From: Candidatus Undinarchaeota archaeon
GTDB taxonomy: Archaea > SpSt-1190 > JASMDC01
Direction: 5' to 3'
DNA: 55,072 nucleotides
Assembly: GCA_964519305.1 (NCBI GenBank)
Contig: CAZFHY010000001.1
Location: 550,318 to 605,389, forward strand
A program made the position numbers and the translations under genes. The notes beneath the pieces were generated by a model. That model was given only the letters and a program-made list of their open reading frames with translations. It had not been told where the DNA came from and ran no database searches. This document shows, piece after piece, positions 17,299 through 25,562 of the stretch (positions within the stretch are counted from its first letter, which is position 1; every line of letters starts with the position of its first letter).

Positions 17299-20200
17299 CT
17301 AACCTATCGCACAATCCTCCGAACAGGCAAGACCGTCCTCGCCAGGGACGCACAGCCCGTCACCGCATACGGCGTCCGCCGAGGCCGCTGAGCCATAGAG
17401 ACTATAGTGCTCGTCCGGTGGGTCCGGGGCGGTCGTGACGGCCTGGCTGATGCACTTGTTGGCAACGCACAGACACGAGGTAGGTGCTGCGTCAGGCTTC
17501 ATGCAGACTATCCCTGTGCAGTCCTCCACCTCATCATAGCGATGATTGATACAGGCTGCTGCCTCTGGATCGCAGCAAGCATCAGCGTGCACGCAGTCTG
17601 TATCGGTCTCGCAGTACACCGCGGGTGACACGGCCTCTGCCGTGCACTCCCCGCCCACGCATGATGGCGCCCAGCGCTGAGCAGCGATATCGGGAGGTGT
17701 CGTACAGGCGCAAGTCCCCTCGCACACGACAGGTCGGCGGGAGAAGCGGTTGACGAACCGGGGCACATCGCACTCACAACAACCCGGCTGCCTGACACAG
17801 TCCGATGTCCGGCGACAGAAGCCCGGATCGAGGTAGGCGTCGTCCAGGTATGTACGCTCGCAGTCAACTCCCGCACGCACGAGCGTCGTTGTCTTTGTCA
17901 GTCCGCACCGGGCATCACCGGGCGGGCAGTCCTCCAGACCTTCGCCCTTGAACCGCACGAGAGCCTTGCACGTGTGGAGCACGGCGATATCGTCCGTACA
18001 GGCACCTTCTGCGGGCAACATGTCCTCGTCCCCCTTCTCTCGTGCGACAGCACAAGCCTCTGTCGGACCTTTGCAGCCAGCGAGACAGCCAGTCTTCCTT
18101 ACATCCTCGACCGTCCCGCAAGCGGCCTTACATGCGGTCACTCCATCCGGATCGGTCGAAGCACACTCTGTCACGCAGGTACCGACGGCCTCCACCGATG
18201 TGGCCTGGCACGTGTCCTTGCAGGTCCGTATGCTGTATAGTGTCGCTGCGCGCAGACATCGGTCAGCACACGAGGAACGCCACACGGCCGTGCGGGCATT
18301 GCACGCTGTCGTGCAGGCAGCGAACGAGCCCTGCTCCTTGATGCGGCAGTTGACATCGTTCTGTTCATAATCGTCCATGACCTTCCACGCGGCGGGTGAT
18401 GTGCACGATTGCTGACACTGGTCCGCCAGTGCCGTATGACCCGTGCATATCCCTGTGCAGGCTCCGACCATACAGGCCTGATAGTCATTATCCGTACCAG
18501 CACAGGCATTTCTTCCTTCATCGATACCACCATAATCCTCCCAGCCCTTGATGGTCCCACACACGTCCCTGCATCGCTCTCCGACGTCCAAGACCGCGGT
18601 GCATGCAGTAGTGCACTTGCTCTGGAGGCATTCCTGGACATCACCACCGGCCGCCACGCAGGCGGTCCGTGCTGTGGCGTAGTCACCATAGGCCGATAGG
18701 CCGGCAAAGGGTGTCTTACAATCCTTGGCGCACATCGCGGGCTTGTCCAGATCATCCTGGCAGGTCTCCATGCAACGTTGTGCCATGCAGGCGGCAAAGG
18801 TCGCATGGTTCGCGCACGCATCGTCGCGCAGACCCTGGTCGGCCCAACCATCGGGATCTGCGCAGGCATCAGCGCACAAGGTCTGAAGATCGGAGTCCGC
18901 CTCACAGGCGGTCCGACAGAGCGCGGTCATGCATTTGTCATATCTCGGTGGCGGGAAGAGTCGGCAGTGCTCCATGCATACGTCATCCACAGCGGGAGCT
19001 AGCACGATGTCCGCAGATGCATCGGCCAGTCTCGTGACGCCAGCGGCGACCAGGACCGAGAACGGACCATAGTCCCGTGCATCGGCATCATCATAGTCGG
19101 GGGTGAAAGTGAGGATGCGAGCCTCAGGGTCCTTCACCTGGAGGGAAGCTGTTCGAGAGTCGGCGTCGATCGATTCGAGCGTGAGCTCATAACCAAGATA
19201 TGTTATCGGGACTCCACGAGAAAGGGTCCTATGCTCGGCCACCCCAAGACTGGGCAGGAGCGTGGCGTTGCAGAGAGTATCACACTCCACATTGAGGTCG
19301 GGTAAGCACGCAGCGATACAGGGTGTGATGGCCGCAGTGCCCGCGTCCCTGCATGACTCCTTGCACTCGCTGGACGCCAGCGCGCACTCGGTCTCGCATA
19401 CTGTGCGCGAGAAGGCCGCACCATCCCTGCATCGTCGCTCGCAATCGCTCGTGAGCCATGGCTGCGGCAGCTCAAGGATGTGCAACCGGAACTCGGCCCA
19501 ATCACGGCCCATGCTGACCGGGACCGCTGATGAATCCGCGAGAGGACCGGCGATGCCCTGGCACCCGACTATCTTGGCCACAAGATCGTTCCCTACCTTG
19601 GCGAGAGAATCCTGTTGGACAAGGAACGTATTGGCGCCGATGCACCCCGCATCCGGACAACTTCCCTGATGAGCGACGTCCGCTCCGGCACAGGCTGCAT
19701 CGCAGGCCGTTGGATATGTGACTCCGTCCGAGCCGCACACGGGATCGAAGAGGTCCGGACATACGCACTTGGGCTCGTCGTTCATGCACACACCGTCCTT
19801 GCACACGCAGGTGTGAACGGCCGAACAGGATCGGAGGCAATCAAGGTCGTCATCACTGGTGGGACCGCACGAGCAGGAGCATGACGAGAACGAGCAGTCC
19901 TCATTGGTGGTGCATTCGTCGGCCACACCGAACGATCCCGTCAGCTCACGTGCTTGGGCACGTACCTTGTCGGCAATATCATGCGCCTTGTACCGGACGA
20001 GCTCTAGGGCGATGTCGTCCAGGGTGTGGACCACGGCCTCCATGGTCCGGGAGTTCTCGAGCGAGAGGGCGCTATCAGGCTCACAGGCGATTACCGGGCC
20101 GAACACCTCTGCCCGGGCCTCACGGAAGTACACTTCCTTGACCGACCAGTCCGATACGTCCACAAGGACGAGGATCGTACCGTATTCAGGGCACTGGGTA

Positions 20201-21009
20201 AGGCATCGACCGCCCGATCGGACGGTCGTGCCTGCGCACTTGGCCAGGCAAGGATTGGCATAGGTGATCCAGTCCTCCCCGCACACAGTTGCCGTCACGG
20301 CAGGGCATTGGCACGATGCGCAGAGCTGGTCCCGCCCAGCCTCAGCAGCAGCGGCGTCCTCATCACTGAGAGGCACGATACAGCTTGTCTCCAACGGGAT
20401 GAAGCTCAGGGCGATCAGGTTGTCCCTGGCGTGGGGTGGGATGTGGATCTCATAAGTATCCTTGTTCAGGAGGTCCGCCGATAGTGGTTTGATAAGCTCG
20501 TGAGCAAGAGCTACGCTCTTGAGCCGGTCCTTCTCGCCAGCGGACAGTGCCGCGAGGGTCGCCGGGCCAGGCCTGCCCAGTCCGGGCGCAGGTATCTTGC
20601 GGTAAGCGAGCTCGAGTATGTCCACCTCGCCCTTCACGTCCGCAGTTACCCGCAACACCAGGACGAGCCCGCTATCGAGCGTCGTCCGGTAATAGACGTT
20701 GACGGTTTTGACACCCGTCCCGTCCACGTCCCTGACGAAGGCGCGCGAGATGCTCGGTTCGACGCTAGCGAGGTCGATCCCAGCATCATTTAGGGATGAG
20801 AAGAAGGCCTTCATGATTCCGTTATTGGCAAGGCTTTCCACCAAGGCAGTGCGCTGGCTTGCAGGCACCACCTGTGCTTCAGGTCGCTGAGCGAGCACCT
20901 TTGCCCGGTTCTCCTTGACCAGGTCAAGGAGATTCCCGGCAGTGGCGCAGGAAACGACCAATATTATCGTCAACAGGATTACGAAAGTCCTACCCATGTC
21001 TAATCCCAA
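17299..21009 (-). CDS. Giant secreted Cys-rich protein with two Kazal-type domains
   Basis: Signal peptide; VCGEDWITYANPCLAKC and PVCGSDGVTYPTACDAAC; CxxxC helical repeats; CxxDxDC modules; no C-terminal anchor. Confidence 0.88.
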   Translation of the reverse strand: MGLDMGRTFVILLTIILVVSCATAGNLLDLVKENRAKVLAQRPEAQVVPASQRTALVESLANNGIMKAFFSSLNDAGIDLASVEPSISRAFVRDVDGTGVKTVNVYYRTTLDSGLVLVLRVTADVKGEVDILELAYRKIPAPGLGRPGPATLAALSAGEKDRLKSVALAHELIKPLSADLLNKDTYEIHIPPHARDNLIALSFIPLETSCIVPLSDEDAAAAEAGRDQLCASCQCPAVTATVCGEDWITYANPCLAKCAGTTVRSGGRCLTQCPEYGTILVLVDVSDWSVKEVYFREARAEVFGPVIACEPDSALSLENSRTMEAVVHTLDDIALELVRYKAHDIADKVRAQARELTGSFGVADECTTNEDCSFSSCSCSCGPTSDDDLDCLRSCSAVHTCVCKDGVCMNDEPKCVCPDLFDPVCGSDGVTYPTACDAACAGADVAHQGSCPDAGCIGANTFLVQQDSLAKVGNDLVAKIVGCQGIAGPLADSSAVPVSMGRDWAEFRLHILELPQPWLTSDCERRCRDGAAFSRTVCETECALASSECKESCRDAGTAAITPCIAACLPDLNVECDTLCNATLLPSLGVAEHRTLSRGVPITYLGYELTLESIDADSRTASLQVKDPEARILTFTPDYDDADARDYGPFSVLVAAGVTRLADASADIVLAPAVDDVCMEHCRLFPPPRYDKCMTALCRTACEADSDLQTLCADACADPDGWADQGLRDDACANHATFAACMAQRCMETCQDDLDKPAMCAKDCKTPFAGLSAYGDYATARTACVAAGGDVQECLQSKCTTACTAVLDVGERCRDVCGTIKGWEDYGGIDEGRNACAGTDNDYQACMVGACTGICTGHTALADQCQQSCTSPAAWKVMDDYEQNDVNCRIKEQGSFAACTTACNARTAVWRSSCADRCLRAATLYSIRTCKDTCQATSVEAVGTCVTECASTDPDGVTACKAACGTVEDVRKTGCLAGCKGPTEACAVAREKGDEDMLPAEGACTDDIAVLHTCKALVRFKGEGLEDCPPGDARCGLTKTTTLVRAGVDCERTYLDDAYLDPGFCRRTSDCVRQPGCCECDVPRFVNRFSRRPVVCEGTCACTTPPDIAAQRWAPSCVGGECTAEAVSPAVYCETDTDCVHADACCDPEAAACINHRYDEVEDCTGIVCMKPDAAPTSCLCVANKCISQAVTTAPDPPDEHYSLYGSAASADAVCGDGLCVPGEDGLACSEDCAIG

Positions 21010-21082
21010 GTCCCTTAATGGACACCAGGGATAAAAACATTTGGGCGACAGCGCTTAAGAGTCTCAATCCATCAGTGGACTG

Positions 21083-21123
21083 AAAGAGAAGAGAAAAAGG
21101 GAGGCCCTGATATGACAGGGCCT
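21083..21123 (-). terminator. Terminator after dodecin
   Basis: AGGCCCTG-N6-CAGGGCCT hairpin followed on the minus strand by a T/C-rich tract. Confidence 0.6.
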
Positions 21124-21322
21124 ACTTCTCTACCTTGAATGCGACCTTCACGGTCACTTCGTACTGGGCTATCTTGTTATCCTTCACTCGGACGCGAGCA
21201 TTGCCAACATCCATGTACTCGATGCCATGGAGGCTCTTCTCGGCATCAGAGAGTGCGTTCCGAACGGCCTCCGAGAAACCCTCTTCAGAGGTACCTATCA
21301 GTTCAATTACCTTGTATACCAT
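21122..21322 (-). CDS. Dodecin (flavin-binding)
   Basis: 66 aa; VYKVIELIGTSEEGFSEAVRNA...YEVTVKVAF. Confidence 0.92.
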   Translation of the reverse strand: MVYKVIELIGTSEEGFSEAVRNALSDAEKSLHGIEYMDVGNARVRVKDNKIAQYEVTVKVAFKVEK

Positions 21323-21411
21323 GGTCCCATCCAGTTAGAGCGAGCGGGCGCATACTTAAGAAGAGTCATGCACGGGCCTGTCGCAAGGGAACAAGGTGCA
21401 TGGTATGCCCC

Positions 21412-21843
21412 TCATACATCTCCCTTGAGGTCGATGGTGCCGATCATGGTCACCGTCTTGGCCACGGCATCGGAGTAGGTATCCCGGAAGTCGATGACGA
21501 ACTCGTTGAACTCCTGGATCCCAGGGAAGCGCAATTTCAACATCACATCGTACTCCCCAGTGACGCCAAACACCTCATGGACATATGGATTACCGAGCAG
21601 ACGTCGGTCCAGATACTTGGAAGAAGTACCGGACACGAGCATGAATACGACCAGCTCCTCCCCGAGCTGGGCATGGTCCACGGCGATCGTATACTTGCGT
21701 ATAACGCCATCCTCCTTGAGACGTTTCATCCGCTGGTGCACCGTGGAAGGCCGCATTCCCAGACGTTTGGCGAGGGTGCGTACCGAAGCGCGACCATCAT
21801 GCTTCAGCTCATCGAGGATCGCCCGGTCCCGTTCGTCAACCAT
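21412..21843 (-). CDS. Lrp/AsnC family regulator
   Basis: DERDRAILDELKHDGR HTH and VTGEYD RAM-domain motif; start at ATG 21843, about 26 nt from a TATA box. Confidence 0.92.
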   Translation of the reverse strand: MVDERDRAILDELKHDGRASVRTLAKRLGMRPSTVHQRMKRLKEDGVIRKYTIAVDHAQLGEELVVFMLVSGTSSKYLDRRLLGNPYVHEVFGVTGEYDVMLKLRFPGIQEFNEFVIDFRDTYSDAVAKTVTMIGTIDLKGDV

Positions 21844-21876
21844 AACTATAATTTGTCCGTTGATTGTTTTATATTT

Positions 21877-21930
21877 TTGGACATTGTCCATTATTTCAAG
21901 CGATTATTAACAAATTATTGGACATTGTCC
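21877..21930. promoter_or_regulatory. Two copies of palindromic TTGGACATTGTCC (candidate Lrp operators)
   Basis: Identical 13-mers at 21877-21889 and 21918-21930 between divergent lrp and ahcY. Confidence 0.7.
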
Positions 21931-21979
21931 TCGATTTTCGGTACAAACTATATGAACGTCGCGGAACACGGAAGGTATC

Positions 21980-23233
21980 ATGGGATCGAACGTTAAGGAC
22001 ATGTCCCTGGCCCCCCAGGGAGCGCTCAATATCGAATGGGCAGAGATGCAGATGGGAGGGCTCCTCCGTCTCAAGGCTTCCCTAGAGAAGAGCAAACCCT
22101 TCAAGGGCATCCGGGTCGGTATGTGCCTCCACATCACCAAAGAGACCGCTGTGCTCGTAAACACCCTGCGTGCCGCTGGTGCCGAGGTGTCCATCACGGG
22201 ATGCAATCCCCTCTCCACCCAGGACGACGTGGCCGCGGCCCTTGCCAAGGACGGCGTCGACGTGTACGGCTGGCGGGCCGAGACGAACGACGAGTACTAC
22301 GAGTGCCTCAACAAGGTGCTCGATACCAAGCCCCAGTACACGGTGGACGACGGGTGCGATCTCGTCACTATCGTGCACACCGAGCGTAAGGACCTTCTGG
22401 ACGGCATCTTCGCGGGTGCCGAGGAGACCACGACCGGTGTCATCCGCCTCCGTGCCATGGAGAAGGAAGGGGTCCTCAAGTACCCCATGGTGGCCGTAAA
22501 CGATTCGGACACCAAGCACCTCATGGACAATTTCATCGGCACGGGCCAGAGCACACTGGACGGCATCCTGCGAGCGTCGAACGTGCTCGTGGCGTCCAAG
22601 AACGTCGTTGTCGCGGGCTACGGTTCTTGCGGCAAGGGCGTGGCCCAGCGCGCTCGCGGGCTCGGAGCCAACGTCACCGTCACCGAGATCAATCCATTCA
22701 GGGCGCTCCAGGCCTCCATGGACGGATGGCGCGTTATGCCCATGACACAGGCCGCACCCACGGCCGACATGATCATAACCGTCACCGGGTGCAAGGACGT
22801 TGTGGCCGAGCCGCACTTCCCCCTGCTCAAGGACGGCGCCATCCTCGCTAACTCGGGTCACTTCGACTGCGAGGTCAACGTCAAGGCACTTACCACGGCC
22901 GCAAAGGGCGCACGCCGGATCCGCCCCGACTTCGATGAGTACACCATGCCTGACGGCCGACGTGTGTTCGTGTGCGGTGAAGGTCGGCTGGTGAACCTGG
23001 CCGCTGCAGAGGGACACCCCTCCACGATCATGGCAATGTCCTTCATGGACCAGACCTTTGCCCTGAAGTGGGCACTGGAGAACCGCGACAAGCTAGAGAA
23101 CAAGGTATACGTACTGCCCGAAGAGCTGGACATGAAGGTTGCCCGGCTCCAGCTGGAGAGCATGAAGATCGACATCGACGTACTCACCCCCGAGCAGGAT
23201 GCCTACCTGAACTCCTGGCAAGAAGGCACGTGA
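21980..23233 (+). CDS. ahcY: S-adenosylhomocysteine hydrolase
   Basis: CLHITKET, CNPLSTQDD, DDGCDL, EETTTG, GRLVNLAAAEGHP motifs. Confidence 0.97.
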   Translation: MGSNVKDMSLAPQGALNIEWAEMQMGGLLRLKASLEKSKPFKGIRVGMCLHITKETAVLVNTLRAAGAEVSITGCNPLSTQDDVAAALAKDGVDVYGWRAETNDEYYECLNKVLDTKPQYTVDDGCDLVTIVHTERKDLLDGIFAGAEETTTGVIRLRAMEKEGVLKYPMVAVNDSDTKHLMDNFIGTGQSTLDGILRASNVLVASKNVVVAGYGSCGKGVAQRARGLGANVTVTEINPFRALQASMDGWRVMPMTQAAPTADMIITVTGCKDVVAEPHFPLLKDGAILANSGHFDCEVNVKALTTAAKGARRIRPDFDEYTMPDGRRVFVCGEGRLVNLAAAEGHPSTIMAMSFMDQTFALKWALENRDKLENKVYVLPEELDMKVARLQLESMKIDIDVLTPEQDAYLNSWQEGT

Positions 23234-23275
23234 TACCTCCCGGGAAAAGGAACTCCCAGGACCGCGTGTACAAAA

Positions 23276-23325
23276 CGCAGCGGGCGTCCGGAACTGGACG
23301 GGCGCCCCTGCGCACTTTCTTTTTT
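23276..23325 (+). terminator. Terminator after ahcY
   Basis: GC-rich stem (CGCAG-GGGCGTCC / GGGCGCCC-CTGCG) followed by TTTCTTTTTT. Confidence 0.6.
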
Positions 23326-23349
23326 AGTCGAGATCGGCTCGGCCACGTT

Positions 23350-23379
23350 CCACCGCTCCACATAAAAAGCATTACTGCG
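23350..23379 (+). repeat. 30-bp duplicated promoter, copy 1
   Basis: CCACCGCTCCACATAAAAAGCATTACTGCG, identical to 25520-25549. Confidence 0.9.
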
Positions 23380-23392
23380 TCCACGGCCACCG

Positions 23393-25510
23393 ATGACCAT
23401 TCTCGCTCTCGGTCGTATCGCTGGACTGGCGTTCGCGCTCGCCGCTCCCGGGATCGCGGCCTCCGGCCTCCTTGGGCTGAAGGGGATGACCCGACGAGAT
23501 GCTCTCATCCTTGCCCTCCCCTTGGGCCTCGCCACTACTCCGACCCTGGCATTGGCCATTGCCATCCTGTTCGACACGGTTGTCACGCCCATCTTGCTTG
23601 TGACTACTGCCGCCTTGACGGCCGGATTGCTGTGGGGCTTGGGAAGCAGGCCGTCGTTCCCAGCGCTGGCCCGGCCCGGTCTTAGGTCAATTATCGTGCT
23701 CATTGCCATCTGTGCGCTCTTCACGCTCGACCTCAGGCCCCCTATGGGCCAGTCAGCGTTCGAAGCCACGAACTGGTCGAGCTGTACGGACATGGCCGTG
23801 TACGACACGATCGGGGCCGGGGGTATCAATTGGTTGTGGCGTAGTCGCCTTGAGGACGCTCATCCCTACGGTCTCCGCTACCCGACATCAACGGTCCCTG
23901 GCGGACCTCTCCCCTGGACAGGTGGTACTCAAGAAGAGGTATACATAGCCCCCGCCGCGCTGTCGCTGCCTTCCGATTACGTTACCAACGGCTTCGTGAA
24001 CATCGAGGACCAGCGTCTCGGTAACGCGGCCCTCTATGCGACATTCGTGGCATTCCTGGGCAGGCCCGGTCTCCACATAGCGTTCACCATCGCTCTGTTG
24101 GCGACCGTTCTCGCAACCATTGCTGCCGCACGCATGCTCTCTGGCCCCGGATGGCCGGGGGCTTTGGCGGGCGCCCTTGCGCTCCTCGCGGTGCTTGCTG
24201 GCCACTTCGGCCCGGGTCTTGTCCCGGTAGTGCCCGACACGCTCTTTGCTGGTTTTCTGTCTGCCACCCTCCTCGCTTTTGCACTCGGTCGTCCGACACT
24301 GAGAGGATGGTGTCTTGCCGGGATGGTCGCCGGTACCCTTCTGGCCACGAGGGATGTTGCGGTGTTCTGCCTTGCGGGCATGACCGTCCCCCTCTTCCGG
24401 GCTCACCGACGTCCATTGGCTTGTATGCTGTTCATCGTAGGATTGCTGCTTACCCTCTTCCCCACTATGTACGTCCACCGCTTCGCTCTGGGAAGCATCT
24501 GGTCCAATCCGACCATGGCAAAGTTCCCCGGGGAAGGGCTCACATACACGTTCATGGGGACACAGGTCACGATTCCTCTCTTCCTTAACTGGCCGTTCCA
24601 CGATGCTATGGTCCGTACTCCCACAACACCGTTCCCGACCGCCCTGTTCCTACCACTAGTGATCGCTTTCGTTCTAGGTACCGGCGCACTCGCGCTCACG
24701 CTGGTGGGCATCGCACGTTCGGGCGAGGGGCGCTGGGTGCTCGCATTATGGATTATCCCGCTCCTCCTATTCCTCGCGGTCCAAGAGGACTGGGACGTGG
24801 CGAGGACATCCCTGATCAATCTCATGTTCCCCGCCCTATGGGTGGCCATCCCCGTAGGGATCCGGACAGCGAGCGACCGGAAAGGAGCGATCGTTGTCCT
24901 GAGCATAGTCCTGCTCCTCACTTTTACCATCAGGATCGCTGGACGTGTGGACGTACCACCAGACAAGCGATGGTCCGAGGTCTATGGTGACCGTCACATC
25001 GATGAAGGGGGTGTTGCGGACGTTCGGGAGCGGCTCCTCTCAACGGGAGTGTTCCCCCTCCTACCCGAAGAACTGCCTCTGGACATCGGACGTCTCGCTG
25101 GTGAGCTTGCTCGAGCGGACGATCCCCGACCTCTGTCAGAGCGTCCCTGGCACCTGCCGCGGTTCGACCTGGAACGGAGCTCATTGCACGTGGACCTCCG
25201 TTCGAACCCTGCCGAACTGCGGTTCGCCCTCCTGGCCAGTACGGATCTCGGTCTCCCCCGGGCCAAACGGAAGGGTGACGCTTACGAACTCACCATACCC
25301 CGCAAGGGAGGAGGGGGCCCATGCACTCTGTACGAGATGACGTTATCGGACGACGGGAACGTGCTCTCGGTGGGGCTCCGGCCATTCCCGTCCGCGGAAC
25401 TCGGTGTACGCTGCCCTTCCCGCTCAAGGAGCGAACAGCTCGGGAACGTCATGCTATGGACGTCCGGACGACGTGATGTCTCGGTCCATCGCTATCCCTT
25501 CCCGTCGTAA
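23393..25510 (+). CDS. Polytopic membrane protein, GT-C fold glycosyltransferase-like (paralog A)
   Basis: More than 10 TM segments; large first external loop with EDQRLGN; VPDTLFA, FLNWPFHD, QEDWDVA motifs. Confidence 0.75.
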   Translation: MTILALGRIAGLAFALAAPGIAASGLLGLKGMTRRDALILALPLGLATTPTLALAIAILFDTVVTPILLVTTAALTAGLLWGLGSRPSFPALARPGLRSIIVLIAICALFTLDLRPPMGQSAFEATNWSSCTDMAVYDTIGAGGINWLWRSRLEDAHPYGLRYPTSTVPGGPLPWTGGTQEEVYIAPAALSLPSDYVTNGFVNIEDQRLGNAALYATFVAFLGRPGLHIAFTIALLATVLATIAAARMLSGPGWPGALAGALALLAVLAGHFGPGLVPVVPDTLFAGFLSATLLAFALGRPTLRGWCLAGMVAGTLLATRDVAVFCLAGMTVPLFRAHRRPLACMLFIVGLLLTLFPTMYVHRFALGSIWSNPTMAKFPGEGLTYTFMGTQVTIPLFLNWPFHDAMVRTPTTPFPTALFLPLVIAFVLGTGALALTLVGIARSGEGRWVLALWIIPLLLFLAVQEDWDVARTSLINLMFPALWVAIPVGIRTASDRKGAIVVLSIVLLLTFTIRIAGRVDVPPDKRWSEVYGDRHIDEGGVADVRERLLSTGVFPLLPEELPLDIGRLAGELARADDPRPLSERPWHLPRFDLERSSLHVDLRSNPAELRFALLASTDLGLPRAKRKGDAYELTIPRKGGGGPCTLYEMTLSDDGNVLSVGLRPFPSAELGVRCPSRSRSEQLGNVMLWTSGRRDVSVHRYPFPS

Positions 25511-25519
25511 GGTGCGAGG

Positions 25520-25549
25520 CCACCGCTCCACATAAAAAGCATTACTGCG
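25520..25549 (+). repeat. 30-bp duplicated promoter, copy 2
   Basis: Identical to 23350-23379; same 13-nt spacing to ATG. Confidence 0.9.
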
Positions 25550-25562
25550 AACACGGCTCTCG

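Noticed and set aside
17290-17301. The two giant Cys-rich genes are in frame, separated by TAG plus 9 nt (possible read-through or pyrrolysine fusion)
   Set aside because: The downstream gene has its own ATG and signal peptide, no pyl genes are in the window, and in-frame spacing occurs by chance one time in three.
21900-21980. SAH or SAM riboswitch upstream of ahcY
   Set aside because: The TATA-like box lies about 26 nt from the ATG, implying a leaderless mRNA, and the spacer is AT-rich with operator-like palindromes.
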